From: an uncultured Nitrososphaeraceae archaeon | GTDB lineage: Archaea > Thermoproteota > Nitrososphaeria > Nitrososphaerales > Nitrososphaeraceae | NCBI GenBank assembly: GCA_963825865.1 | Contig: CAWGVG010000018.1 | Coordinates: 11,132 to 75,131, forward strand | DNA: 64,000 nucleotides | Reading direction: 5' to 3' | Shown here: piece after piece, positions 33,527 through 45,332 of the stretch | Layout: each line of letters begins with the position of its first letter | Numbering within the stretch: the stretch's first letter is position 1 | Notes under the pieces: generated by a model | Database searches by the model: none | The model's input: the letters and a program-made list of their open reading frames with translations, nothing else | What the model was told of the DNA's origin: nothing | Made by a program: the position numbers and the translations under genes

Positions 33527-33946
33527 TTACTTGTTCCATGGAGAATATGCAAGGAAATAGAAAGCAGGATGAATTGATAGGCCCATTGTCTTTTCTGGCT
33601 TGAGCTTTAGTATAACTCGCTTATGACTGGGTTTTCGATAATAGTATTTTCCAATTCCCAGGTATTTTTTAGCAAGTCTTTTTAGATGATAGTCTGCTCC
33701 TTCGGTGGTCTGCTCGATTACCCTTCCTTTTATTGATACCATATTGAATGGATTGTTCTGCTCTACAACGGAAAGAGCTATCCTTTTATCATTCTTTATG
33801 TGCTTACTTTTTGCCGAAGTTTCAAAAGTATTTATCAAGATTAAATCGCCTACCATTTCTGCCCAAACTGGAGTAACATGAGGGGAACCATCTTTTGACA
33901 AAGTCGTTAAAAAGGCTAAATTTCTGAATTGAAAAAGATGATGCAT
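33527..33946 (-). CDS. PPOX-class F420-dependent oxidoreductase
   Basis: LTTLSKDGSPHVTPVW, KHIKNDKRIALSV, LAKKYLG. Confidence 0.85.
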   Translation of the reverse strand: MHHLFQFRNLAFLTTLSKDGSPHVTPVWAEMVGDLILINTFETSAKSKHIKNDKRIALSVVEQNNPFNMVSIKGRVIEQTTEGADYHLKRLAKKYLGIGKYYYRKPSHKRVILKLKPEKTMGLSIHPAFYFLAYSPWNK

Positions 33947-35173
33947 GTCCTCGTTCGTTAACTCTGTTGTACCATGCTCACATTATCGGATTTTAATGCC
34001 ATCTCATTCTCTGTAACTGAAGGAGGAACATCAACTATTTCGACTGAGGTTCTTATCTTTCTATTATTTCCATCGTCCTTTTGCATGTAGCAATAAGTAT
34101 TCAATAACTATCTATTAATCATTATTAATAATAGATAGTGATAATGTTGTCTCATGAAAAGCATTATTAACTAACCTTTTATAAAGACGTCTTAGAAAGT
34201 TCAAACAAGGCACTAGAAGCAATAATATTAGAATCATATAAGAAAGACGATATAGAATTGGATAGAAAGATTTTTTAGCAACTGAAGCTTTTTTTCTTGT
34301 GACCAACAACTGTTGGTTATTTAAAGAAAACGCCCTGACTATATCTGAATATAGCAAAGCAGTGAAAAGAGAGGTCAATCCTAGATTAATCTACATAAAT
34401 ACACACCTCAATTTCTGTCAGAATTCTAAATCTGCTGGCATGGAAAAACGATTTGAGGATATAGCAAGAGACGACATTTTTTAATAGTGTCCAAGTACAG
34501 AGTATGATTGATATTCTGATGACCTTTTTGATAGAAAGTTGATAGAAAGCTGTGTATGATCATCATTATCAAACATACAAACACACCTACGTTCACTATG
34601 GAATAGTATTAACTTCTTTTCTTTCCGACTATATTTTTTTAAGACGCAGTATACATCATCGAATTGATAGATGCAATTGCCACAGCCAGATCTACCTGCA
34701 CCGGAGCTACCTGATGGACCAGGACCAGGGATGCTATCGAATGTTGCCATGCGTCGTGCTCATGTAGATAATATTGATAATGATTGATTAAGTAACTTCA
34801 GATGCATCATTGCACCTGTAGATGGCATCTGTAATCGCCACTATAAACAGGAATACTATAATAACGCATGATGCTAGGAGTATAGATATGGGATCTGGGA
34901 AAGATTCAGGGACAGCCATTATAATTATTGAGAGGGGAACAAAAAACAAAGAAAAATTCTATATTCCAAAATCACATTGAGGTATACGATGCAGAGGTAT
35001 TGTACTTTAGTATAATAGAACAAGAAGCAAAGGATATTTACATGAATGAATTACCAGGTCAAGCACATAGAAATACAAGTAACAATTTTAAAGTAACTTT
35101 TCTCTCTTTTCCAAATGTCTTACATGAATGTAGGTAATAAGTTCTTTTGTATCCTACCCTTATGATATAATAG

Positions 35174-36454
35174 TTGAATCGGCTCTCAAACTCCACCTAC
35201 CCCTCTATCTCAAAACAGGCGCAAGAGTTGAAGGATAGAGTTCAAGAGACTCTGAGCGGTATGATGAAACATTCCGAGTTGGAGTAGAGATTGAAGGATG
35301 TTTACTTGATAATAAAGGAGTACCCTATTAATGCTGCTCCATTGATTGAAGAACTAAAGGGAACAACACATGAACTTGATTTCGAATATGGTATATGCCA
35401 ATTTGAATACAAAACTCCTCCTACCCCAATGGATACCCTTCTTGATCTTAATAGTTTATTTGAGGAATTTATAGAACATTTGGATAGAGCAGTCCAAAAG
35501 GTATACAAGGACAAGGAAATGGTATTTCCTGTGTTCCTGGGAGCTAATCCATCTCCAGAGATACTAAAGGATGATAATATTTACAGACTGATCACCAATA
35601 AGCCTAGATATAAGAAGCTTGCACATTGGCAAAGTGAAATCCCTGACGTTGAAATTGAAGGCCAGAAATTCAAGGCATTACAAGTTCCATCTGCTATTCA
35701 GGGTTTTCATCTTCATCTTCAAGGACAGAATCCTTTCCATACAGCACAAATGTTCAATCATGTATTAAATTTGATACCCTCAGCTATCATACTAGGAGCT
35801 AATAGTCGACTTCTTGCAGGTAGAGTATTTTCTTTACATGAACCTAGAATTCATCTATATGATCAGTCGGAACAGCAAAATTCTGGCTTTCCTACTATTA
35901 CTCGATATTTGGATGGCGTTGAAGACTACATAGATTATATTATTTCTAGGGATAAAATTATTGCAAAAGATTACTTTGAATTAGAAAAGGAGAGGCATGA
36001 CGATCTACGAATTCGTTTGAACTCGAATTTTTATCGTGTTGAGACAAGAATAATGTCTGTACAACCTACTCCTAAAGCTTTAATGGCATTGACAGAGTTC
36101 TTCATAGGTTATCTTTATAGAGCTATTCACGAGGACATACAATTACGACCACTTCCTCACTTAAGAGAAGAAAGATTATCTGTAGTCAGATCAGGATTTA
36201 ATGCCAAGACGCATTTTAATATAATAGAGACAATAACAAATCAACTGGATTTTGCCCGCAAAGGGTTATCGGATTTAGGCATAAAACCTGAATTTCTAAG
36301 TGTGTTAGACAATAGGTTAGAAAGCAAAAACACCCCTGGCGAATACGTAGCTAAATTATGGCAAGAGAAATTCAATGGTTCTACAGAACAAACACTCTTT
36401 GAAGTCATATCTGATATCTGGGATAAGACAAAAAATAATCGACCTATAACTTAA
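35174..36454 (+). CDS. Glutamate-cysteine ligase family 2 (GCS2/YbdK-like); 5' part frameshifted
   Basis: Upstream frame FRVGVEIEGCLLD; QFEYKTPP, GFHLHLQ, DLRIR...RVETRIM in ORF 35291..36454. Confidence 0.75.
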
Positions 36455-36675
36455 CAGCATGATTTTCTCAGTGTTCCTTATAGATTAGTTGTTCTCATAA
36501 TGGTACAGAATAAATCTACAGCTTTTCATAGTAATAATATAAGGCAATTATAAAAATATTCATCAAACATCTAAAAAAACGTTGACATCTTGGATACGAT
36601 GTGGCTATTGATAATCTCTACTATAATCCAACCATACGCTATATAGAGCATGCAAATAGGCCAGCCATAAATTTG

Positions 36676-37233
36676 CTAAATAGAACCCATCATTTTGCGG
36701 AAAATTGTAGATTGTTCTTTAGCATCTTCTAACGCATTATGTGTATGAGCAATATTCTCTAAACCAAGTTTTTTCTTGATGTCGTCTATTGTAGTTAAAT
36801 GCCATTTGCTGTTGGTTTTTCCAATCCATACAGACTTTAAATCAATTCCAGAGACACCAAAGGGATTATAACCTAAGAATTTAAGAAAATAATAGTTGAC
36901 AAAGCACCAATCAAAAGCTATTGGAGATGCTACAAATATTGGCTTTTTGTCACCTGATACTTTTGCAATCCAATCAGCGAATTTCTTCATAGCTTCCTTC
37001 GGTTCCGTGCCTTTTACATCGAGCTCTTGCATTGAAAGTCCTGCAATTTCTAAAGCTTCTTTTACATAATTATCTGAGAGAGGTTGTAACTCAATATAGA
37101 ATGTATAATAATCATTGTTTTTGTCACAATGCCCTAAACTTAACATGCTATACCCTACAGGAATAGGTCCTGAACATTCAATATCTACAGAGATATAAGT
37201 TACTGATTTAGAAGACAAATAATCATTATTCAA
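36676..37233 (-). CDS. DEDDh 3'-5' exonuclease
   Basis: SVDIECSGP, AFDWCF, THNALEDA. Confidence 0.85.
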   Translation of the reverse strand: MNNDYLSSKSVTYISVDIECSGPIPVGYSMLSLGHCDKNNDYYTFYIELQPLSDNYVKEALEIAGLSMQELDVKGTEPKEAMKKFADWIAKVSGDKKPIFVASPIAFDWCFVNYYFLKFLGYNPFGVSGIDLKSVWIGKTNSKWHLTTIDDIKKKLGLENIAHTHNALEDAKEQSTIFRKMMGSI

Positions 37234-37804
37234 CTATCTGGTAAAGGAATTCGTTACCATCATCATTAACTCTTTTGTTATATTTCGTTACAGCTTTCCC
37301 ACCTTATTACCATATTTTCATATTCAGGAAAGTCTTTCGTCGCCACGCCCCCATTGTTTGTACATACTATAAATTTTTTGATGACTGTATAATGGACATT
37401 TTTCATACTGATAAATTCTTCTAGTATCTTGGAGGATAAGTTATCCTATACTGCAGCTGATATATCCGGCCTATTACAATAAAGAGCAGCTGAAAGATTG
37501 GAGAAAGGTATTGGAGAAAATGCCTGAATCAAAATACAAACCCAAAACCAAACAGATTACATATGATGACTAAATTATATTACACTAGTCTAGTTTCGCA
37601 TTTTGTGCATGATATGGTGGTTCTTGTATTAAAAGTACAGATAGGAGTTTACAACGGCCCTTATTGCCCATTTGTACTAGATAACTAAGATACGATAAGG
37701 TTTTTTTGCTTTCCTTGGAGACTTTAAAAATCCTCAAAACATTTTGTTATTTTACCAATAATCCTTATTAGAATCGCTCTGTTATCGTTAATTGTTATCT
37801 GTAT

Positions 37805-37985
37805 ATGGATTATAACAAGTTATGCAAAGGCCACTAAGGTTGGTAAAGGTAAATATTCAATGACGGAATATGAAAAACTCAAACGAATAACAGTCCCATT
37901 AGATCATTTACTTTTGTTAACGACAAAGATATATGCTGATCATAGCAAGGTTATAGATAGCGTTCTTAAGTTGCTTAAAACCTAG
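37805..37985 (+). pseudogene. DUF6659-like roadblock-type protein remnant with internal deletion
   Basis: MDYNKLCK|...KVGKGKYSMTEYEKLKRITVPLDHLLLLTT..ADHSKVIDSVLKLL. Confidence 0.5.
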
Positions 37986-38053
37986 GGTATGCTAGTTAAT
38001 GCATATGAGAAAAAAGCTATGGCAGGATAGTAATAATAATAAAAATAATATCA

Positions 38054-38443
38054 CTAATGTTTATGCTCTCTTGGCTCATGTGATGCTCCTGTTCCTGTTG
38101 GTGTGCCTATATAATCACCAGTTACTTCTAAAACGTCTTCAGATTGAGACATTTCCGCAAGTGTTTCCAAACTTAGTCTTTGGTTAGTTACGTAATGAGT
38201 TCCATGGTCGTATATAGCAGGTAGCATTCCTGTCTTTTCAAATATGTGATTCTTCATTGCTTCAGAGTCAGTTCCTTCCTTCGTAAATATTTCAACCATA
38301 TAAAATGGAGCACGTTCGGATTTTTCCTTTTCTCGTATTAGTAGATCATCAATCAGCGTAGAGTCTACTTTAGGAAGATGTGTATCATATAAGGTCTGCA
38401 GTCCTCTAAACACATTTCTTATCTCCTTTAATTCATCAGGCAT
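38054..38443 (-). CDS. Conserved hypothetical protein
   Basis: Clean 129-aa ATG ORF (PFYMVEIFTKEG, PAIYDHGTHYV) with upstream TATA. Confidence 0.7.
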   Translation of the reverse strand: MPDELKEIRNVFRGLQTLYDTHLPKVDSTLIDDLLIREKEKSERAPFYMVEIFTKEGTDSEAMKNHIFEKTGMLPAIYDHGTHYVTNQRLSLETLAEMSQSEDVLEVTGDYIGTPTGTGASHEPREHKH

Positions 38444-38718
38444 GATATATAATAAACATAATGGCAGTCGGTGGTATAAATAATACTCACTTAAAGAGAG
38501 TAAAAAACCACAGTCTGGTTTGGATAATGACTAACATAGCTTCTTATGCAATGTCCTTAACTCAAGATTTGCCTAATTTGTTAGTGTATGTTATAATGAA
38601 CTCAACTCTATCGTCCAAAGACTTTCACGGATTATAATAGTTAATTGGACTCACCAGAATTAATACTGCATCAATTTTTCATGTGTTTTAGAACTATGGA
38701 ATTTAATAAAAAGTTAAG

Positions 38719-39699
38719 TTAAGGACGTGTTTGAAGCTTGAGCTGAACCTCGAAGAGTCTGCCATATCTATTAACTATCATTCCTATATCATCCTTGACA
38801 GTTTTCCTACGGACATTAAATGATATCTGGGAAGGATCATGTATTCTTTTACCATCAATTGCTTCAATGATGTCTCCCTTTCTTAAACCAGCATTATCCG
38901 CCGGACTGTATGGTTCCACTTGTGCAATAAGCGCACCTTCAGTTGTTGGCAACCTATAATACTGTGCTAGTTGCCTTGTTATCTTTATAGCTACGATTCC
39001 AACCCAAGGCCCATTAGTAACTTGTCCATTTTCTATTAGATCGCTCGTTATTGCTTTAGCCACTTTTATGGGAACTGCAAATCCGATACCTTGTGCATAT
39101 GGCATCTTTGCAGTGTTAATTCCAATGACTTCTCCTTTTGTATTTATTAAAGGGCCTCCAGAATTGCCAGGATTGATTGCAGCATCAGTTTGAATTAATT
39201 CAAGTATGCCATTTTCAAATTGTAGGTTTCTATTTAATGCACTTACAATACCTGCTGTTACTGTTGGACCTCCAGCCAATCCAAATGGATTTCCTATTGC
39301 GATAACTATTTGTCCTATTTTTAATTCATCTGAATTCCCTAATTGTGCAAATGAGAGAGCTTCCTTTGAATCTAATTTCACCACAGCTAAATCTGTAACC
39401 TTATCAGTCCCTACAACTATTCCATTGAATACATTTCCGTCTGTTAATGTAACTTTCAGTTTGTGTGCTTCGTCTACTACATGATTGTTGGTAAGTATGT
39501 ATCCTTTACCATCTATCACAATACCAGAGCCAACACCTTCAATTGGAAATACTCTGAATAGCTGATCTTGTACCATCCTAACGCTGGCAATATTTACTAC
39601 ACTTTTGCTTACTTTTCCAACCGCATTTACGATTAAATCTTCATTGCCAGGAATAATCATAGTCTTCTTGTCTTTTTCACCTACATAACTATAATACAA
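38719..39699 (-). CDS. htrA: HtrA/DegP-like serine protease with PDZ domain
   Basis: TNNHVV, DLAVVK, TDAAINPGNSGGPL, PDZ motif SPADNAGLRKGDII. Confidence 0.92.
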   Translation of the reverse strand: MYYSYVGEKDKKTMIIPGNEDLIVNAVGKVSKSVVNIASVRMVQDQLFRVFPIEGVGSGIVIDGKGYILTNNHVVDEAHKLKVTLTDGNVFNGIVVGTDKVTDLAVVKLDSKEALSFAQLGNSDELKIGQIVIAIGNPFGLAGGPTVTAGIVSALNRNLQFENGILELIQTDAAINPGNSGGPLINTKGEVIGINTAKMPYAQGIGFAVPIKVAKAITSDLIENGQVTNGPWVGIVAIKITRQLAQYYRLPTTEGALIAQVEPYSPADNAGLRKGDIIEAIDGKRIHDPSQISFNVRRKTVKDDIGMIVNRYGRLFEVQLKLQTRP

Positions 39700-40284
39700 T
39701 AATTATGTATAAGTATGAAAGTTAATTGTTAGATACTTAGTTACCATATGGTAAGCAAGTTTAGAGTACATGCTTGTATAGGAACAATCAACATACCAAC
39801 TGATCGAGATAGCATTAAACACTAAAAATACAATAACTAATCAGACAATGAGATTCTATGAATACATGCTATAGCTGGTTTGTAAGATCAGTTGAAGATT
39901 ATGAGTGTGCGAAAATCATTTTGTCGAAGATCATTGGCTGGAGATATATTTGAAAATCAGAAGAATTTACACCCTTGCGTATCATGCATTTGTTCATATC
40001 TGCTTCCTCTCAAAAGGTTGTAGATAAATGCCTGCAAGTGATAATGATATTGTATTTCATAAGGACTATTTTCTGTAGCTTTCAATTTCATTAGTAATCT
40101 CATTGTAGTTCAGCTAATAGGTAACCTGTAATCCTATAATAGTTTGATTCAAAAGATCATTGCACGACTTGAAGATGACCCGATACACTTTATCACTCCC
40201 TCAGATTGAGGTATAAAATGCTGCAATAAATTATTAAATTCGTGTGTGATATACACCATGTTAGGCAAGATCTAATTAGTCAAA

Positions 40285-40749
40285 ATGAAAAACACAAAGC
40301 CAGCTATAGATGAGCGAAGACAGCGAATTTGGGGCATGTTGGTTAAAGGTATGAAATCATATGAGATAGCCAAAGAACTAACGGTTGATCCTTCAAGCAT
40401 TAGCAGAGACGTTCAATATCTAACTTCACAGTCTCAAAAGTTCCTAGATGATCTGGCTAAAGAAAGCCTACCTTTTATGTTCAAAACTTCAATTGATGGT
40501 ATAAGACAGGTTCTAAAAGAGTGTTGGAATATTTACGAATCAACCGATGAGCAGGTAAACTATTTTCAAAGGCTGGCAGCTCTCAAGTTGGCAAAAGATT
40601 GCTGTGAAGCCCAGTTCAAGCTATTGTCAGAAGGACCATCAATTATGTATGCGCAAAATTTGGAAGAGAAATTAACCAGGATTGAAGAGTCACAACAACC
40701 ACAGTTAAGCCAAATATCTCTGTATACAAGAATGCCGATTTTACCCTGA
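40285..40749 (+). CDS. Helix-turn-helix protein (possibly terminase small subunit-like)
   Basis: ERRQRI...GMKSYEIAKELTVDPSSISRDVQYL followed by helical RLAALKLAKDC. Confidence 0.65.
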   Translation: MKNTKPAIDERRQRIWGMLVKGMKSYEIAKELTVDPSSISRDVQYLTSQSQKFLDDLAKESLPFMFKTSIDGIRQVLKECWNIYESTDEQVNYFQRLAALKLAKDCCEAQFKLLSEGPSIMYAQNLEEKLTRIEESQQPQLSQISLYTRMPILP

Positions 40750-41060
40750 GTATGGAAGGATAGAGGATTCTGAAGTTATCCAAAAGCATAGAGAATATGA
40801 AGAAGGTTATAGGAAGAGCAACGCTATAGTAAAGCCTCCATCTCAAATATAAGAAGATGAATGACCTCCAACAGCAGTTACATTTCTGGGCATTATGTTA
40901 CTGATATATGGTAAAGATCTCCAAAACTTGAAAAGGATTAGCCTAGGAGAGCAAACAGAAAGTTTTAGCTAATCAATTAATGCCTTGGGATTAATCTAAC
41001 TAGCAACTTGGTGCATCTTACACGCATTCTAAGAAGAAGAATTTGTTGAAGAAGGAAAGC

Positions 41061-41230
41061 CTAGCGAGTATATTTCCTTTCAAACTTACGCCTTAAAGCT
41101 ATTAGAAGAAGGCCAAAAGTGAGAGCCCTACTTACTATTTTGATAACATAATCTATTACTCCTACTTTGATATCGCCTGGTAATGAAAGTAGAGGAAGAA
41201 AATCCGCAAGACTTCTTTGAAAAGCCATAA
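41061..41230 (-). pseudogene. C-terminal membrane fragment of an unknown protein
   Basis: FQRSLADFLPLL...GLLLIALRRKFERKY reads as a protein C-terminus; upstream part unrelated. Confidence 0.3.
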
Positions 41231-41439
41231 GCCAATGAGTAACGTTTCCAGCTTGGTTTAGATAAACTAAATGGGACGTTGACAAGGAGTGGGTTGTATT
41301 CTGCATACTTTGCCACGATGATAAACTAATTGCGACCACACGCGTATCTAAAAGCTTGGACCCTAGCACTACAAGTGCAATGGTATATGGTGACGCTAAC
41401 AAAGCGGAAACTTCTTATTTCAAGATCAAGCTATTTTTT

Positions 41440-41583
41440 GGATTCACCTTTGAAGGGGCGGCACGAATAGTTGATAGAGAGAAAGAAACAAAATCAGCTG
41501 CTGAAGTCTCAAAACTAATGAACACAAATTACGGATGGAGCAGGAATCATATAATTTCTGATACCATCTGTATAGCGAGCTAA
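41440..41583 (+). pseudogene. C-terminal fragment of a DUF385-like deazaflavin oxidoreductase
   Basis: TFEGAARIVDREKE...AEVSKLMNTNYGWS. Confidence 0.4.
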
Positions 41584-41649
41584 TTGCTTATTTCTTTGCT
41601 TAACCTCGCATAGTCGGGATTTGATTTCTCCGGGAGCTTGCAATCGAAC

Positions 41650-42264
41650 TCACTCTTGATACAGATGGCGGTATATGTAAGTATCAAACGTATACGTTAT
41701 GTTATAGAAAAGGATAAAAAATTTTCTGTCTATCGTTATTATAGCGAGGCCTTCCATCCATGGATGAAAGGTACAAAAATAAGTATATGTTCCAGGATTA
41801 GTAAATGTATGTGTCCATGATTCCCCAGTCTTAAACAGGCCACTATCAAATATTCCATTTGATGTTCCCCTTTTATTATTCATCAAGCTTTCTATTCCAG
41901 CGCCACTTGTAACAGTATGAGCTTCTGTGTCTTGGTTTATCCATTTAATGGTTTCATCTGTATGTACTGTTATCTGTCTTGGAAAATACCATTGTCTTGG
42001 ACCTAGCTTGGTAATATCGACCTCTGGATTTGCTGAGCCTTTTGGTATTGTGACATTAAATGATTTTCCTCCAGAAGAATCGGCATATGCAAGGTGATAA
42101 TAATAATAGGAAGAAGAATAATTATTACCATCATCGTTGTCACCGATTTTCTTATAAAAGAAGAAGGACAATGATGAATCGATCGAGCTAGTAAAAATAG
42201 CAACGGTTAGTGAGAAGAAGAATAATAATAATAGAGATGAAAAAAGAAAAAATTTATGGTTCAT
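41650..42264 (-). CDS. Cupredoxin (blue copper) domain protein, exported; 3' end may be chimeric
   Basis: Signal peptide; WINQDTEAHTVTSG, FDSGL, YFCTFHPWMEG. Confidence 0.8.
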   Translation of the reverse strand: MNHKFFLFSSLLLLFFFSLTVAIFTSSIDSSLSFFFYKKIGDNDDGNNYSSSYYYYHLAYADSSGGKSFNVTIPKGSANPEVDITKLGPRQWYFPRQITVHTDETIKWINQDTEAHTVTSGAGIESLMNNKRGTSNGIFDSGLFKTGESWTHTFTNPGTYTYFCTFHPWMEGLAIITIDRKFFILFYNITYTFDTYIYRHLYQE

Positions 42265-42469
42265 ATAATTATTGTTATGATTTATGAGGTAATTGTTATT
42301 ATAGAATCCACTGAGCCATCAGTATATTCAAATATGATATGGGCATATGATGAGAATGCCTCTGCATTTACGGTAACATTAGAAGTTTGCTTCATCCCAG
42401 CATCATATATGTCTAGTTGTAAACAAGTTATATTAACCAATATGAAAAAGTATGTACGTCTATAACAAA

Positions 42470-43901
42470 CTATTTGGCTTCTGCAAAGTTTTCCTTGATA
42501 TATGTCTTTAGTCTTTGTGCATCGGTATTGTTTACAAGTATATCTTCATTGAATACATTCTTCTTTTTTCCCTTGGATGCTCTTACCTTAATGACGTATT
42601 CATTTTCTGCCTTGCGAACTATCTCTATTCTCAAGTCTGGTCCTTTAACCAGCATACCTTTTATACCTTGGGCTTCAAGAATAATGTTATCATCTGTAGT
42701 GTTTGGGCGTTTACGAGGTTTATCAAATTCTAAGTTAAATCTGTTGATTCTATCTTCTATCATTAATTTAAGCTTGCCAGCTTCTTTTTCAATCCTCATA
42801 ATATATTTCTCCAGACTCTCTATTTCTAGAAACGGAGCAGAAGAAGAGGCACTTTGATCTGAAGAGGATACAGATGAAGAAGATTCTTGTAAACTTTGTT
42901 GTTGTTTGTTTTGTAAATCGCTACTATCCCACACCATTCCTTCTCTAGCTACAGTTATTCTGAATTTGCCCTCACTTCCCATAATGCCAAGATGTGAATC
43001 TATTACCTTTTGAAGTTCATCTGTTGTCATAGCTTTAACAGGACCCCTAAACCACTGGTTTGTAGCTTCTTCAAAGTCTAAAAGACCTCGATAATGAACT
43101 ATATAACATTCTTTGGCATTCCATCTTCTCACTAGTTCGAATGCTTCGCTTACAGAGATCATTCCAGTTTGAGGATGAGGATTGTAGTCTTTGTGTACCT
43201 AAAATAACAAGATCTGGATTCCACAACAAATTTTCATTTACATTGGGTAATGAAAGAAAATCCCATCCAATTATTACTTTATGATTAGCTAGTTTCACTA
43301 TGTATATGACAGACCCTGATGGAGAATTGTCACCATGGTCAGCCAAAACTGGTGTTATTGAAAAAGGACCTATTTCAAAGGTTTTGTCTGGCTGTATTGT
43401 GTTAAACGATATTCTATTATTATTATTATTATTGCCTTCTGAAAGCTGAGAAAATCTTTTGGTAAGCTGTTCAGAGCACTCTGCAGTACAGAATATCTTT
43501 AACTTCGACGATTCGTTATCGACCTTGTTTATCAATAAAGGTAGTTCTTTAATGTGATCATCATGTGAGTGAGTTATCAATACTGCATCAGGAATAGCTG
43601 GCGATAATGATAATGTCGATGAACTAAATCCAAGTTCAGAGATGCCTTTTTCAATACTTTTAACTATTCCTTGACCCACATCAACAAGAACATGAAAAAT
43701 CTTATCTGTTTTATCTGCAGCAAACAAAGAGCAAGAAGTGTTTGTACTTATACCTTTTTGTTTTATCTCTGCTGCTCTTTCTGATTCTTCCTCACTACCT
43801 ATTGTTGAAATATCTGGAAGAGTGCCATTTATCCTTACTAGTAATTGATCGCCTGCAAGTATCTTAGAAGGAGAAGGGATTTGTGAGTTTAACATATCCA
43901 T
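42470..43901 (-). pseudogene. Metallo-beta-lactamase-fold hydrolase with C-terminal extension, frameshifted at ~43190
   Basis: THSHDDH motif; LGTQ|DYNPHPQTGMISVSEAF...CYIVHY joins ORFs 43071..43901 and 42470..43162. Confidence 0.75.
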
Positions 43902-44089
43902 TTATTTTAGTAAGACATATGAGATAAACCTAACTATTAAATACATCTAATTATTTTAGGTTTATTGTATATTTTTATAAATCTTATAACCAAAATACTG
44001 CTTTTTTTGCTAAGACATTTGATTTATCTATCTATATGATTAAATATATCATATTAGTATGGTAATAGATGCATTGGAGCAAACCTAAA

Positions 44090-44550
44090 TCTTTTACAGT
44101 GGGTTTAATTTGCACTACCGCATTGATAGGATCTGCCTTATCAATATCATCATCATTATCATTATTAATGTTATTTTCAGTAAAACCAGTCTTTGGTAAT
44201 TTTACTGATAAAAAGAGTTCCTTCCTATAATAAAATTTCAAAATAAAGTATGTTACAATCAGATTAATCATAGTTGGAATGCCTAGCATTCTTAGAAATG
44301 CTGTAAATGGTAGCGAAATTCCACCTTGAATTGCGATCAATAGATTCTGAGGATTTCCTATTGGAGTCATAGTACTTCCCACAGTGATTCCAAAAGATAA
44401 AGCAATAAGCAAAACTGCAGGCTTGATGCCAGTCCTTTGTGAGATATAAATTACAAGCGGAATTGCAAGCAACGCTATAGTATCATTTACTAAAAAGGCA
44501 GAAAGTATTCCCATTCCAATAACAAATACCATAAGAAGTGACTCACTTAT
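44090..44550 (-). pseudogene. Internal fragment of an ArsB/NhaD/SLC13-type anion permease
   Basis: LSAFLVNDT and GSTMTPIGNPQNLLIA signatures. Confidence 0.75.
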
Positions 44551-44824
44551 GTGCAAGATCAATCTTGTCTGAAAATGTCGAGACTGTTAGTTCTTGTCTG
44601 ATTTTGGTCCGAAATTGTTCTATTCGTGGATCATGATAGTCATTTTTTATATCTTTGAGATAAGCAAGACATGGAATTTTGTCTCGACGGATGATCTGAT
44701 ATTCTTCATGTGTAAAGGAACGCTGTCCATCTGGAGGTACACTTCCATAGGAATCAGCCACTAATAGTATCGTAAGATGCTTGCTTGCTATCGTTTTGTT
44801 ATCTCTGATATCAACTGATATCAA
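44543..44824 (-). pseudogene. DUF4062-like domain fragment
   Basis: ILLVADSYGSVPPD..SFTHEEY...KIPCLAYLK...IEQFRTKI. Confidence 0.6.
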
Positions 44825-44843
44825 CTGTTATCATTAAATTTTA

Positions 44844-44871
44844 ATTTGAACTCAATATGAGAGTGATCTGT
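44844..44871 (+). repeat. 28-bp direct repeat, copy 1
   Basis: ATTTGAACTCAATATGAGAGTGATCTGT; 25/28 identical to 45305..45332. Confidence 0.6.
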
Positions 44872-44949
44872 CCTTCCCCACATACAGAAATATAATAAAA
44901 ATATCATGTTTGAAATTAAGTCGCAATAGCCTCTATATGAACTCAACCA

Positions 44950-45090
44950 AAAATAACTAGTAGCATGCAGTGCTTCGCCAACTTCTGTTTTAAGATTGAC
45001 AAAAAAGCCAGTCCAAATGGGATTAGTCTGTATATCTTGAACGAAAATAAATGTAATGCATTTCTTTACCTGATCTAAATCAGTACTCAT
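44950..45090 (-). pseudogene. N-terminal fragment of a trypsin-like serine protease
   Basis: QVKKCITFIF...PIWTGFFV resembles the GTGFFV start of trypsin_2 domains. Confidence 0.35.
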
Positions 45091-45304
45091 TGGGCATTAT
45101 TATCTCAATTTTTTTACTTATTGATATTCTTTCTCACTGCTATGCCATTTCATTCCTGCTTTCAATGATCAATCTAACTTTTTTTAACCTAGAGTGTTTT
45201 ACTGTAAAACTACGTAATGCAATAATCTTCCAATTTTGGCATCCCTGCTACCCCCTTGTTTCCACCTACTATCATCTGATACCACCTGTTACTACGACAA
45301 CTTG

Positions 45305-45332
45305 ATTTGAACTCAATATGCGAGTAATGTGT
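45305..45332 (+). repeat. 28-bp direct repeat, copy 2
   Basis: ATTTGAACTCAATATGCGAGTAATGTGT. Confidence 0.6.

Noticed and set aside
34115-35137. Several short ORFs, including a GPGPSGSSGAG stretch
   Set aside because: Fragmentary, mutually overlapping and unassignable
44844-45332. CRISPR repeat interpretation of the 28-bp repeat
   Set aside because: Only two copies, 461 bp apart
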